Assembly: GCF_964194155.1 (NCBI RefSeq)
Contig: NW_027596303.1
Location: 248,001 to 312,000, forward strand
Length of the DNA: 64,000 bases
Reading direction: 5' to 3'
Source: Cetorhinus maximus
Taxonomy: Eukaryota
Each line of letters starts with the position of its first letter. Within the stretch, counting starts at the first letter, position 1. The position numbers and the translations under genes were made by a program. This document shows, piece after piece, positions 38,270-50,929 of this stretch. A model generated the notes under the pieces. It was not told where the DNA came from and searched no databases. It worked only from the letters and a program-made list of their open reading frames with translations.

Positions 38270-38600
38270 GGCTTTTCTTACATAAAATATGTGAACAGAT
38301 TGCTGTTTTCATAGTGACAACTGACAACTTTTTTACCTCATAGTAAAGGGTCGTCTAGGGAAGAGCAATCATAATATAAAAGAATTTCACATTCAGTTTG
38401 AGGGTACGAAACTTGGGTCTGAAGCTAGAATCTTAAGCTTAAATATAGGGAATTACAAAGGAAATTAAAAAGTTGGCTAAAGCAGACTGGGAAAATAAGT
38501 TAAAAGGTGAGACAGTAGATAAGCAGTGGCGGATAGTTAAGGAGCTATTTCATAACTCTCAATAAAGATATCTTCAATTTTGAAAGAAAGGGCAGGAGCA
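38270..38600 (+). mobile_element. CR1 ORF2 endonuclease/linker fragment
   Basis: LGKSNHNI.EFHI (corresponding to PLG.SDHN), LN.GNYK and V..QW..VKE motifs. Confidence 0.6.
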
Positions 38601-38731
38601 GTTATGGCACCTTATTGAATAGCTTTAGGAAATCCAAATGCACTACATCTACTGGTTCCCCTTTATCTACCCTACTGGTTACATCCTCAAAGAACTCTAA
38701 TAAATGTGACAAACACAATTTCCCTTTCATA

Positions 38732-40382
38732 GAACCATAGAACACTACAGCACAGAAAAACAGGCCATTCAGCCCTTCTAGTCTATGCCAAAATATTATT
38801 CCGCTAGTCCCATTGACCTGCACCTAGTCCATAACCCTCCAGACCTCTCCCATCCATGTACCTATCTAATTTATTCTTAAAACTTAAGAGTGAGCCCGCA
38901 TTTACCACATCAGATGGTAGCTCGTTCCACACTCTCACCACTCTCTGAGTGAAGAAGTTCCCCCTAATGTTCCCCCTAAACCTTTCCCCTATCACCCTAA
39001 AGCCATGTCCTCTTGTGTTTATTTCTTCTAATCTAAGTGGAAAGAGCCTACTCGCATTTACTCTGTCTATACCCCTCACAATTTTGTAAACTTCTATCAA
39101 ATCTCCCCTCATTCTTCTACGCTCCAAGGAATAAAGTCCTACCCTGTTTAATCTTTCCCTGTAACTCGACTCCTTAAGATCCAGCAACATCCTAGTAAAT
39201 CTTCTCTGCACTCTCTCAATCTTACTGATATCCTTCCTGTAGTTAGGTGACCAGAACTGCACACAATACTCTAAAGTTGGCCTCACCAATGTCTTATACA
39301 ACCTCACCATAACATCCCAACTCCTAGACTCAATACTTTGATTTATGAAAGCCAGCATGCCAAAAGCTTTCTTTACAACCTTGTCTACCTGTGACGCCAC
39401 TTTCAGGGAATTATGTATCTGAACTCCCAGATCCCTTTGTTCCTCCGCACTCCTCAGTGCCCTACCATTTACTGTGTATGTCCTACCTTGGTTTGACCTT
39501 CCAAAATGTAACACCTCACACTTATCCGCATTAAATTCCATCTGCCATTTTCTGGCCCATTTTTCCAGTTGGTCCAGATCTCTCTGCAAGCTTTGAAAGC
39601 CTTCCTCGCTGTCCACAACGCCTCCAATCTTAGTGTCATCAGCAAACTTGCTGATCCAATTCACCACATTATCATCCAAATCATTGATATAGACAACAAA
39701 TAACAATGGTCCCAGTACAGATCCCTGAGGCACACCACTAGTCACAGACCTCCAGTCCGAGAAGCAATCATCCACTACCACTCTCTGTCTTCTCCCACAC
39801 AGCCAATTTCGAATCCAGTTTACAACCTCTCCATGGATACCAAGTGTCTGAACCTTCTGAACTAACCTCCCATGTGGGACCTTGTCAAAGGCCTTACTAA
39901 AGTCCATGTAGACAACATCCACAGCCTTTCCTTCATCTACTTTCTTGGTAACCTCCTCGAAAATCTCTACAAGGTTCGTTAAACACGACCTACCACACAC
40001 AAAGCCATGCTGACTATCCTTAATCAGCCCTTGGCTGTCCAAATAATTATATATCCGATCTCTCAGAACACCTTCCAATAATTTATCTACTACTGACGTC
40101 AGGCTCACTGGCCTGTAATTACCTGGTTTATTTTTGGAGCCTTTTTTAAACAACGGAACAACATCCTCCAGCACCTCACCCGTGGCTAAGGACATTTTAA
40201 ATATTTCTGCCAGGGCCCCTGCAATTTCTACACTAGTCTCCCTCAAGGTCCGAGGGAATATCATGTCAGGCCCGGGGGATTTATCTACCTTTATTCGCTG
40301 TAAGGCAGCAAGCACCTCCTCCTCTTTAATCTCTATATGTTCCATGAAACTACTGCTTGTTTCCCTTCCTTCCTTATACACT
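38732..40382 (-). mobile_element. Young 5'-truncated CR1 LINE
   Basis: (TTCTATGG)n tail at 38730-38742; TTTCATA duplicated at 38725-38731 and 40383-40389. Confidence 0.92.
38804..40381 (-). CDS. CR1 ORF2 reverse transcriptase domain (525-aa open frame, N-terminally truncated)
   Basis: NYRPVSLTS, QHGF..GRSC.TNL, DFSKAFDKVPH, GVPQGSVLGP, FADD and LEYCVQFW; no stop codons. Confidence 0.9.
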   Translation of the reverse strand: MYKEGRETSSSFMEHIEIKEEEVLAALQRIKVDKSPGPDMIFPRTLRETSVEIAGALAEIFKMSLATGEVLEDVVPLFKKGSKNKPGNYRPVSLTSVVDKLLEGVLRDRIYNYLDSQGLIKDSQHGFVCGRSCLTNLVEIFEEVTKKVDEGKAVDVVYMDFSKAFDKVPHGRLVQKVQTLGIHGEVVNWIRNWLCGRRQRVVVDDCFSDWRSVTSGVPQGSVLGPLLFVVYINDLDDNVVNWISKFADDTKIGGVVDSEEGFQSLQRDLDQLEKWARKWQMEFNADKCEVLHFGRSNQGRTYTVNGRALRSAEEQRDLGVQIHNSLKVASQVDKVVKKAFGMLAFINQSIESRSWDVMVRLYKTLVRPTLEYCVQFWSPNYRKDISKIERVQRRFTRMLLDLKESSYRERLNRVGLYSLERRRMRGDLIEVYKIVRGIDRVNASRLFPLRLEEINTRGHGFRVIGERFRGNIRGNFFTQRVVRVWNELPSDVVNAGSLLSFKNKLDRYMDGRGLEGYGLGAGQWD

Positions 40383-40739
40383 TTTCATAAAACTCTCTTG
40401 ACTACTTCATAGTATTATGAGTTTTCAAATGTTCTGTTACTACTTATTTAATAATGAATTCCAGAATCTACCCAATGACAGATGTTTGGCTAACTGGTCT
40501 ATCGTTCCCTGCTTTCTGTCTCCCAACTTTCTTGAATAAGAACATTGCATTTGCAGTTTCCCAATCCGCTGGGACCTTTCCAGAATCTAGTGAATTTTGG
40601 AAGATTACAATCACTGCATCCACCATCTCTGCAGCCACTTCTTTTAAGACCCTACAATGCAGGCCATCAGGTCTAGGGGACTTGTTAGCCTTTGGTCTCA
40701 TTAGTTTTCCTAGAACTTTTTCTCTCGTGATAGTGTTTG

Positions 40740-41065
40740 GTTGAAGAAGGTGCAATCCGTGGACATGCTCTTTCTGTTTTCAAAGGATAAAAGCTTGTGG
40801 AACAGCCATTCCCCATGGCAGGGCCTTGACCAATCAAAGCCGACCTGCCTGGTTTGAATTTAAACAAAAGCTTGGCAGTTAACTGTTCCCTGGTGCATTC
40901 TCCATGGCAATGCCTCTAGCAATCAGAGACCACGTGCCAACCAATCAGCACTCTTTCTTACGCAATATAAATTGTTGTTCCCTTTAAAATTGATATTCTT
41001 GTGAATCTGTCCTGAAGGAAAACAAGAAGAAAAGTTTCAATATCATGTCTCTTTTTTCAGAAATA
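40740..41065 (+). mobile_element. Probable Penelope-like terminal repeat (second family)
   Basis: CCAATC boxes, TATAAA at 40966, then a degenerate CTGA.G...GAAA motif at 41012-41033. Assignment from architecture only. Confidence 0.4.
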
Positions 41066-41235
41066 TTTGTTTTACTTTCTTCTTGCCCTTCCGAAATGTC
41101 AAATACTCTTGAATTTTCAGGTCCCAACCATGATCACTTTGCAACCATATCTCTGCAATGGCTATCATATCATACTTATTTATTTCTATTTGTATTAACA
41201 ATTCATCCAGATTGTTACAAATTAACACATAAATA
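41065..41235 (-). mobile_element. CR1 endonuclease N-terminal fragment
   Basis: I.N.LDEL..QIEINKYD.IAIAE.WLQ.D.GW.L.IQ.Y..FRK motif. Confidence 0.75.
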
Positions 41236-41379
41236 TACAATGGATGTTTGACCATGGAAGGAAGCACAGGGGAGCCTAATCCTGAGCTCAGATGGTGTCC
41301 ACACAGTAATCTTTTCACCTCCTTAACCTGAGATACCGGAAACAACTTGGAGAGCTTTGAACTGTTGCTCTTATATCAA

Positions 41380-42078
41380 TTAACTCACCATAGAGCCATA
41401 ACATTAGGTCAGAGGCTGGGAATTCTGCGATGAACAACTCACCTCCTGACTCCCCAAAGCTTGTCCATCTACAAGGCACAAGCCAGGAGTGTGATGAAAT
41501 ACTCTCCAATTGTTTGATGATTGCAGCTTCAACAAAACTCAGAAGTGTGACACCACCCAGGACAAAGCAGCCCACTTTATTAGCACTCCATCCACCACCT
41601 TAAACATTCACTCCCTTCAACACTGGCGCACAGTGGCTGCAATGTGGACCATCTGCAAGATGTAATGCAGCAACTTGCCAAGGCTCCTTCAACAGCACCT
41701 GCCAAATACATGTCCTCTACCACCTAGAAGGACAAGGGCATCAGGCAGATGAGAACACCACCACTTGCAAGTTCCCCTCTAAGCCACACACCATCCTGAC
41801 CTGGGTGTCCTCAGGCTGGCATGGACAAGATGGGCCGAATGGACTCCTTCTGTGCTGTAACTTTTCTATGGTTCTATGGAACTAAATCACTATTCCTTCA
41901 CTGTGGCCGGATCAAAATTCTGGAATTGCCTCCCTAACAGCACTGCGGATGTACCTATAACACATGGACTCTAACAGTTCAAGAATGTGGCTCACCACCA
42001 CTTGCACAAGGGCAATTAAAGGTGGGCAATAAATGCTGACTTTACTGGTGATGTCCACACCCCATTAATGAATAAAAA
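41380..42078 (+). mobile_element. LINE-B 3' fragment with a nested CR1 tail (about 41805-41879)
   Basis: Colinear with 6420-6958; nested GATGGGCCGAATGG...TTCTATGGTTCTATGG. Confidence 0.85.
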
Positions 42079-42877
42079 TTACCTGACAGTTTTTTCTTTT
42101 AAAGTTGCATAAACTTGAAAGAGGACCTCAATAGTGTGAGTAACTCTGAAGGAGGAGGGGTGGGTTTCCACGTAATATATGTGTATAATTGTACAATGGC
42201 TTCATGAAAAATATGTGTGACCATACAGTTAATTGTACAAGGGCTTCATGTGACCTGCACCAATATGACTTCATAAAATATACATTCTCAAGAATCTAAT
42301 AAAAGTTCATCACAAAAATGAGAGAGAAATTTGGGAGAAAGAAAGAGATCACTTTAGCACACTGTACAGAATGTCACATTTCCCAAAGCCAAGGAACACT
42401 TATGACCACCTGACTGATTTATTTAAGTATCACTGACAAAATAAAGAGTGCCAATGAAAATATAATCAGGGTGTTTACCCAGATACTGGCACTCAGCCAA
42501 GACAGCTCATTTGCCAGATTTCTGTCTTATTGCTGCTTGTTTATCGGGTACGAGCAGGTGGTCACAGGTGGGACTGGGGAGTGGTAACTAGGAAATCATT
42601 TGTGCTCTACGAATACAACATGTCCATCTTTATTTACAATAACAACTTGCATTTATAGAACACTATTATAGTAGTAAAATGACCCAAGGTGCTTTACAGG
42701 AGTGAGATCAGACAAAATTGACTGACAGTGATTACCTGTGTGAGGAGCTATACCCCCGGACTCCACACGGTTTCTGCAATGCTTTTTCCCTCGCTACCTG
42801 TCAAATGATTGTTCTCCATTGATCCCAGTGGCAGCTTTGATCCACAGGCAGGGGAGGAAAGAAAGTTTGCATTTGTA

Positions 42878-44453
42878 TTTTTTTTTACTATTTAGTTGCG
42901 GGATATGGATGTCGCCGGCTAGGCCAGCATTTATTTATTGCCCATACCTAGTTGTCCTTGAGAAGGTGGTGGTGAGCTGCCGTCTTGAACCGCTGCAGTC
43001 CAAATGATGTAGGGAAGGGAGTTCCAGGATTTTGACCCAGCAACACTGAAGGAATGATGATATATTTCCAAGTCAGGAGTGGCATGGAGAGGATCTTCCA
43101 GGTGGTGGTATTCCCATCTATCTGCTGCCCTTGTCTTTCTAGATGGTAGTGGTCATGGATTTGGAAGGTGCTGCCTAAGGAGCCTTGGTGAATTCCTGCA
43201 GTGCATCTTGTAGATGGTACTCACTGCTGCTAATGTGCATCGGTGGTGGAGGGAGTGAATGTTTGTGGATGAGGTGCCAATCAAGCGGACTGCTTTGTCC
43301 TGGATAGTGTCAAGCTTCTTGAGTGTTGTAGGAGCTGCACTCATCCAGGCAAGTGGGGAGTTTTCCATTACACTCCTGACTTGTGCCTTGTAGATGATGG
43401 ACAGGCTCTGGGGAGTCAGGAGGTGAGTTACTTGTCGCAGGATTCCTAGCCCCTGATCTACTCTTGTAGCCATAGTATTTATATGGCTAGTCCAGTCTGG
43501 TCAATGGTAACCCCCAGGATGTTGATAGCGGGGGATTCAGTAATGGTATTGCCATTGAATGTCATGGGGTGATGGTTGGATTCTCTTTTGTTGGAGATAG
43601 TCATTGCTTGACACTTGTGTGGCGCGAATGTTACTTGCCACTTGTCAGCCCAAGTCTGGTTATTGTCCAGGTCTTGCTGTGTTTGGACATGAACTGCTTC
43701 AGCACCTGAGGAGTCACGAATGGTGCTGAACATTGTGCAATCATCAGCGAACATCCCCACTTCTGACCTCCTGATGGGAGGAAGGTCATTGATGAAACAG
43801 CTGAAGATGATTGAGCCGAGGACACTACACTGAGGAATTCCAGCATTGATATCCTGGAACTGAGATGACTGACCTCCAACAACCACAACCATCTCCCTTT
43901 GTGCTAGGAATGACTCCAACCAGCGGAGAGGTTCCCCCCTGATTCCCATTGATTCCAGTTTTGCTAGGGCTCCTTGATGCCACACTCAGTCAAATACTGC
44001 CTTGATGTCAAAGGCAGTCACTCTCACCTCACCTCTGGAGTTCATCTTTTTTCTCTACATTTGAACCAGGGCTGTAATGAGGTCAGAAGGTAAGTGACCC
44101 TGGCAGAACCCAAACTGACCATCAGTGAGTAGGTTATTGCTAAGCAAGTGCTGCTTGATAACACTGTTGACCCTTTCCACCACTTTGCAGATGATTGAGA
44201 GTAGACTAATGGGGCAGTAATTAGCCGGGTTGGATTTGTCCTGCTTTTTGTGTACAGGACATACCTGGGCATTTTTTCACATAGCCGGGTAGATGCCAGT
44301 GTTGTAGCTGTACTGGAACAGCTTGGCTAGAGGCGCGACAAGTCCTGGAGTACAAGTCTTCAGTACTATTACCAGAACAATGTCAGGGCTCATAGTGTCT
44401 GCAGTAGCCAATGCCTTCAGCCATTTCTTGATATCATGTGGAGTGAATCAAAT
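42878..44453 (-). mobile_element. LINE-B (CR1-group), longest copy with decayed RT
   Basis: NYCPISLLS, DIKAVF..VWHQG, GIPQCSVLG, FINDL and MFADD motifs; LINE-B tail at 42878-42965. Confidence 0.9.
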
Positions 44454-44454
44454 T

Positions 44455-44870
44455 TCATGACCACAAGACCTCCTAGAGTGACCTACATCCAAGGAAATAC
44501 TTTTGAAGTTTAGTCACTGTTGTAGGAAATGCAGCAATCAATTTGTTGACAGCAAGCTCTCACAAACAGCGATGTGATAATGACCAGATATTCTGCTTTT
44601 ATGATGTTGATTAAGGGTCAGATATTGGCCAAGACACCCAGAATAACTCTCCTGCTCTTCTTTGAAAAATGCTATGGGATTTTTACCTCTACATGAGAAG
44701 GCAGATTTGACCTTGGTTTAACATCTCATCCAAAATACAGTGCCTTCAGCCATTTAGCACTGCCTCAGCACTGCACTGGAGTGTCTGCCTTGATTTTTGT
44801 GTTCAATGCCTAGAGTGGAGCTTGAACCTACAACCTTCTGACTCTGAGGCAACAGTGTTACCCATTGACT
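44455..44870 (-). mobile_element. Near-complete Deu-domain-type SINE
   Basis: tRNA-like head (GGTTCAAGC on minus strand, about 44820), Deu-like core and tail. Partial copies at about 48515-48750 (-), 50495-50770 (+), 46440-46565 (-), 47430-47525 (-) and 14890-14985 (+). Confidence 0.7.
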
Positions 44871-45423
44871 TGATGGGTAACAGATTATCGGGTTTCTCAC
44901 AGAATTATACGTTTAGTTCTTCATTCCTCCAACTCTGGCCTCTTGCAAATTGGCTCCCTGTCCTCTAATGCCTCAATTTAAAAATTCCCATTGTGATCAA
45001 ATTCCTTCCATGGTATCTTCCCTCCCTATCTCCAGCCCTACAACACTTTGAGAACTCTGCCTTTGTCCAATTCCAGCCTCTTCAGCAATCACCACTTCTA
45101 TTGTCACACCATTGGTGGCTCAGGCCCCATGCTCTAAAACTCCTTCACCTCTCCTCTCCCCTTTCCTCCATTGAGACCCCGCTAAAAACTCACCCATCAT
45201 TGCCTTCCTTGGCATGGTGTCCATTTCTCACTTGCACCTCAAGTACCTCAGGAAGTTTTCCTATATTAAAGGCACTAAGTAGAAATGCAATTTGTTACCG
45301 AGCCCTTGATACCTCAAACTCTTAATCGGCACAAAAAACAAGGGGATTCAATTGGCATTCTTCTTCTAAACTAACAAACCGAATCAAATGCTCCTGGTGT
45401 TGAGGGCACATAACTTATCCATG

Positions 45424-46003
45424 GGGCAGAATTTTATGCTGATCGGGTGGGCGCCAGCCCGACCCGATCGGAGGTGAAATCGCGCGGAATGATGTCGGGC
45501 GAGCGTCCTGACATCATCCCGCGCTCGCGCGATATTTCAGTCGACCGCCAACAATTAAGAGGGCAATTAAGCCCATCAATGGAGCAATTGTCTCCGATTT
45601 TTCGTGCCTGTCCAACCTGATGGTGGTGGACGGTGAATCGGCCATCACATTTTTCATGAAACCTCATCCAAGGGCAGCATTTTTATCATCTATATTTGCA
45701 GGTGCTGGATTCTGTTGCTTGGGCATTTTTTTCTAGCTTTTTGAAACTTTATTGGGACATTTTCGGGTCTGCAGCTCCCTGAGGCAGCTCTCTGCCTTCA
45801 TGGAGCTTTCTCTCAGTGCTCGTCCGTGCCCGCAGTGACATTATCGTCCACCCTCTTCCCGCCCCAACCCCGGCAGCGCTGAGCCATTAACTGGCCAGCC
45901 AGCGTGAAATCGTGGTTGGGGGCCGATCGCGGTTGGCAGTCTGTTTCCCGGCCGATCTCGGGCCCGCCGATCGCGCCCGCCAGCCGCGCTAAAAATTCAG
46001 GCC
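45424..46003. mobile_element. Harbinger-family MITE (copy C)
   Basis: TIR GGGCAGAATTTT/AAAATTCAGGCC, TSD ATG/ATG; CpG-rich. Confidence 0.88.
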
Positions 46004-46565
46004 ATGAAGTCATTTTGCCAGCGTTAACATCCTGCACCTTGACGGGCAGAAGTTAATCACCACAGAAACTACAAAGTAAACAGTATTGGGGCTTTGGCCA
46101 GTTGGAATTTAGCTGTAGGTTCAGTTAGATGCAGCACTGAAGCAGCCTTCGCTGAGTGATCCACGGACCGAAATGTCCGTAGCTGGGGCCACTTTATTTT
46201 GAGTAATAAAGAAGGGAATGTTTCAGTATCAGTGAACCTGAACCTGTCACTCAGCTCCACCATTGCTCTTGGAAGGAAACGAACAGTTTAACAATATTTA
46301 TTCAACAGAATGGACTTTTATTGACTTTTATTGCTGCCTGCTGAAGCCTCACACAGGAGGCCCATTATAGCAACTGTAACTGCAATTTGGGTGGTGAGAC
46401 GGGTCAGGGGAATTTGCTGAAAGTCCCAACTAAAAAAAATACTTACATTTATATTCAGCCTTTCACAACCTCAGGTCATCCCGAAATAGTTTACAATGAA
46501 TGAAATACTTTTTGAAGTGTGGTCACTGTGTATGTCAGCAACCAATTTGCAAGGCTCCACAAACA

Positions 46566-46705
46566 ACAAAAGCAAAATACTGTGGATGTTGGAAATCAGA
46601 AATAGCAGCATAAAAATCTAGAAATCATCAGCAAGTCGGGGAGCACCTGTGAAGGGAGAAACAGATCATTTCAGGCAGGTCTTGAACTTTCGTCAGAACT
46701 GGAAA
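46566..46705 (-). mobile_element. Penelope-derived short unit (decayed hammerhead)
   Basis: AAAGCAAAATACTGTGGATGTTGGAAATC...TTTCGTCAGAACTGG; minus-strand CTGACGA core. Confidence 0.6.
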
Positions 46706-46709
46706 ATAA

Positions 46710-47160
46710 CAGAATCATAGAACCTTAGATAGTTACAGCATAGAACGGGAGGCCAATTTGGTCTGTCATGTCCGTGTTGGCTCTCGGCAACTGCAACTCC
46801 CCTAGTCCCACTCACCCACCTTTCCCAGAAGCCCTGGAAATTTTTCTCTTCAGGTAATTATCCAATTCTTTTTTGAAGGCCTCAACTGAAACTGCCTCCA
46901 CCGCACTGTCAGGCAGTGCATTCCAGATCCTAACCATTCGCTGCGTAAAAAAGTTTTTCCTCATGTTGCCATTGCTTCTTTTGCCAATCACCTTAAATCT
47001 GTGCCCTCTGGTTCTCTGTCCACACCCCTCATGAGTTTGAACAGCTCTATTAAATCTCCTTTGCCTCGCCAAGGAGAACAGCTCCAGCTTCTCCAATCTA
47101 TCCACGTAACTGAATTCCTCATCCCTGGAACTATTCTTGTGAACCTTTTCATCACTCTCT
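46710..47160 (-). mobile_element. CR1 3' fragment
   Basis: RTRGHRFKVIGKR...RKNFFTQR.VRIWNALP; same subfamily as 24040-24643. Another remnant at about 50030-50245. Confidence 0.85.
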
Positions 47161-49555
47161 GTTGCATTTAAATTGTAACAGATTTTAAGTGCATACAGAG
47201 GAAGGTGGGAAGAGAAGGTGGTTAGCACAAACAGCAGTGTGAACTTAAGCAAGTCACCTGTTTGAGTGATGTTGCTTAAGGGGCAAAAACCTTGGCCAGG
47301 GCAAAGGAGAAATGAAGGTCAAACTTGCAAGTAGAGGCTCTTCAGCAGAACAGCTCCTCTAACCGAATGTTAACCTGTCTATTTTCTTTTTGGATAAACT
47401 GGCTGTTGTATGTTTTAAAAGGAAAAAGAATGACTTGCATTTATATAGCGCCTTTCATGACCACAGGATGTTCCAAAGCACTGTACAGCCCACAAAATAC
47501 TTTTGAAGTGTGGTCACTGTTGTAAAGTAATATTTAACAATGCCTACCTTTATTTCTACAGTTTAAATAATGTTACAGCCTTTACAGCATTAGGATAGTA
47601 GCAATATCAGGGCATTTTAAACAGGTACATCAGCCTGCAGTGATGAAACAGGTAATAATAGGGCCTCTTATTGATGGCCATTTACTGAGCCCATTAGTTG
47701 ATACTGAGACCAGCATGCTCTTTGCTGAAACTCATCTTTCATTCAATAAATCCTAATGTACATCCCGGTGTTAAGGATCTTGGCTGACACCTGCTCCTAA
47801 CTATTTCCTTACTTTTTTATTAACATTTTTCACCATGAATTGGAAACCCTTTATTTCGGTGTAGAAAGTCAATCCATTATTTGCTGTGTGGACACAACGT
47901 GCCAAAAGCCATTTAAAGGCGATTGGAGTAAAAGATAAGGACTACAGAAGAACACAGAAGGTTATGTAAACTAGAACGCACTGTCAGCTGCCCCATTTAC
48001 TGCCAATATTTACCCGCACGCTCTGCTTGGGAGACTGGGTACACAAACAGCACTGATACAATATTGAAACAAGACATTTTATCACCTTTGTATTATCCAA
48101 CTCCAAGCACAGCCCAAGAGCAATGAACAAAGGGAAAGACACAGACGGACGCTTTGTTTCCAAACTAGTTGTGCATTGTTAGAAACAAATTAAAATACAA
48201 ACTGAAAGAATGCTATTCAAGGATGATAAATGTTGCTGTTCATTGGCGTGAGAGCAAAGAGGTTTAGAAGTTACTTCACTTCCACCCTTGAAAAATGATC
48301 ATGGGGGTGGGGGAGTGGGGCGAGTGCAGTGCTCAGATGGAGACAGTAAGCTTCGTTCATCTCTCTTTCCCTCTTTGCCTTTCTCCCTGAAGGGCCTTTT
48401 TGCCTCCGTCCCCCACTACCTCATCCCACAATTGCGTGGATACACATGGTAAGTAAGGGCAGGTTATTTGACTGTGCAGGCCATCACAATCAAACCCAAT
48501 CCAGTCAGCAGGGAGATCTCTTCTACTCTTTCAAGGAGTGTTATGGGAACTTTTCCATCAATTTGAGAGAGCAGACGGGGTGTTAGTTTAAAGACTCATT
48601 TAAGAGACAGCATCTCCAACAGTGCAGTACTTGCTTATTAGTGAGATAAAGTGCAAACCGAGATGATGTGCTCCTGTTGCAGGAGTGGGATTTCAACCCA
48701 CAACCTTGTGAAGCAGGAACAAGAATGCTGCCATTGTGCTACAGCTGAAAAATAGAGATTGCTTCAGGAAAAACAAATTTACAGTGAGAAAGCGAATTTG
48801 GATGCGATATTGTGTGTACGCATGGTCTCCTGGACTAAATTTGGTTGCCAAGAGAGGAATTTTCCAAATGTTTGTCCCTAACTAGCCTTGGGACTTCTTT
48901 TCACTGGTTTTCCACCTCTTCCAGGAGAATACACTACTCTTACAGGATTGAGAGCGCTTTGGTCAAGATGGATAAGGCATAGCCACTATATGAGGCAGGT
49001 TAGATATGCTTTTCCTGTCAGACATTTCCATACATTAGTATCTATAAGGATGAATACATAAAATAATCTTGGCATTCTTCATCCAGTACTTCAGATGCCT
49101 GGACAGGTCAACAAGCTTGTTGATGGACAGCCCCCGGTCCAGTCCAAGGCTTCCAGGTCATCACTGGGTGCTGCACAGCCCATGATTTCACCATCCAAAG
49201 AGGACTAACTATGGAGGAAGAGGTCCATTAACAACCAGCACAGTGAGGACAAGACTGACAATAACCCGATAATTGTCATGACTGAAACAGCTTTGATGCC
49301 AGGAAGGTGAATGCACCCGGCTGCCACAGAGGTAGTATCAAGTAAACTAGCCTGTAAATGCTGTAGATTTGAAACAAACAGCAGGTCAGACTGTGCCAGC
49401 AAAGAGAAGATAGGTTATTAAAATTTCAGGGTATAACAGGCATCCAATCCATCTATGTCCCAATCTGACCCACCCATTAATGCACTAGGTAGAGGCCAAA
49501 ATAGCACCCGCAACAACATCCTCCAGCTAAACTATGGAATCCTACACTTCCACCT

Positions 49556-49832
49556 TGTGGTAAAGTGGAGCACCATGTACCTTTAAGAAAGTGCAAGTGA
49601 ACTAACCATGTGACAGTACTGACAAATCACTGTGCCTCAGGCTACAGGTTAACTGTAAGTCTAGAGCTGGAGGTGGTTGTGGGAGCACATGAGGATTTAG
49701 TGCTCTGCCCTCTGTTTATTCTTATGTTGGTCTCTCTCTGTTACTGATAGCGAGCATCAACTAACAAGTGAATATGAAGGTGTGCAATTCCAGTTTACTC
49801 GACTAGTGAACTCAAAGACTCAGGACATAAAA
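49556..49832 (+). mobile_element. Solo LTR
   Basis: Starts TGTGGTA, perfect 5-bp TSD CACCT (49551-49555, 49833-49837); shares ATGTACCTTTAAGAA with the Gypsy-1 LTR. Confidence 0.65.
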
Positions 49833-50929
49833 CACCTGTTGCTGTCTTCTCATGCTCCAACTGATAGAAACTCTCTGGACAAAGCTGAAATAAAACAGTA
49901 AAAGAAATAAAAATAGGATAAACCTAAGAGTATCCTGAAGATGTGTGTAAAGTGTTTTTAATTTCAGTGATTCCCTTTGATGACACTGTCTTCTATCTTA
50001 GTGCTCCTTCCATGTGTTTTCCCCATGAATTATAGAACCATACAGCACAGAAGATGACCACTTGGCCCATCGTGTCTGTACTGGCTCTTTGAAAGAACTA
50101 CCTAGTTAGACCGATGACCCTACTTTTTGCCTAGAACCCTGCATATTTCTCCTGGTTCTCTTTTGAAAGTTAGTATTGGATATGCTTCCAGTTCCTCTTC
50201 AGGCAGTGTAATCCCGATCATAACAACCTGCTGTGTAAAAACAGATCTCCACGTTGCCTCCCTGGAAGAAGCACATGAAGCAGCTCACTGCTGGGCATTT
50301 GTGGGGCATTCTCTGGGTGGAAGTAGCCCTCTATCTACCTCATTGTGACAAGTCACCAGTCCTAGTTCTTTCTTGTCCACTGGTGTGGTGGCAGACTGGT
50401 CTCTGCTGGCTTTTTGGCATATCTGTTGTTATTTGAGATAGGGGAACTAATCAACACTCAAAACATTCAGCTGTCTCTACTCCAGCTGTGTCTCACAGGT
50501 AACACTCTTGCCTCTGTGTCAGATGGTTATGCATTCAAGTCTCACTCCAGAAAGTTGAGCACAAAATCTAAGCTGACAATTCACTGCAGTGTGTAAGGAA
50601 TGCTGCACTGTTGGAAGTCCCATCTTGCAGATGAGACATTAAACCAAAGCCCTATCTATTACTTCAGATGAACTTCACAACAGGAACAATCCCTCCAAAG
50701 TACTTAATTGGCTATCAAACACTTTGAGACATTCCAAACCTGTGGAAGACACAATATAAATGTAAGTCTGCTGACCACTCCCAGGTCCAGAGACCAATGC
50801 ATAATGGTGTTATATCCAATCTTCCAGCATGGTTATCTCAGTTAAAGGAGTCCAGCACCTCTAGGACACCAGTCCATGCATCCACCAAGAGATGCTTCCA
50901 ATATGCTCAGGATTGCTGTACCACAGGTT

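Larger units (their letters stand above)
38603..40740 (-). mobile_element. Older CR1 RT fragment, host of a younger CR1
   Basis: ANKSPRPDGLH.RVLKEVA and DWETAN (40468-40740) continue after the insert as GK.CLS.LLEFFEDVT...VDVV.LDF.K.F.KVP (38603-38730). Confidence 0.85.

Noticed and set aside
45424-46003. CpG islands or promoters (also 17006, 20726, 61190)
   Set aside because: The CpG richness is explained by the Harbinger MITEs.
48360-48455. Plus-strand exon with a pyrimidine tract and ATG|GTAAGT donor
   Set aside because: Adjoins or lies within a dispersed repeat also seen near 26060-26340, 41235-41320 and 61140-61185; no partner exons.
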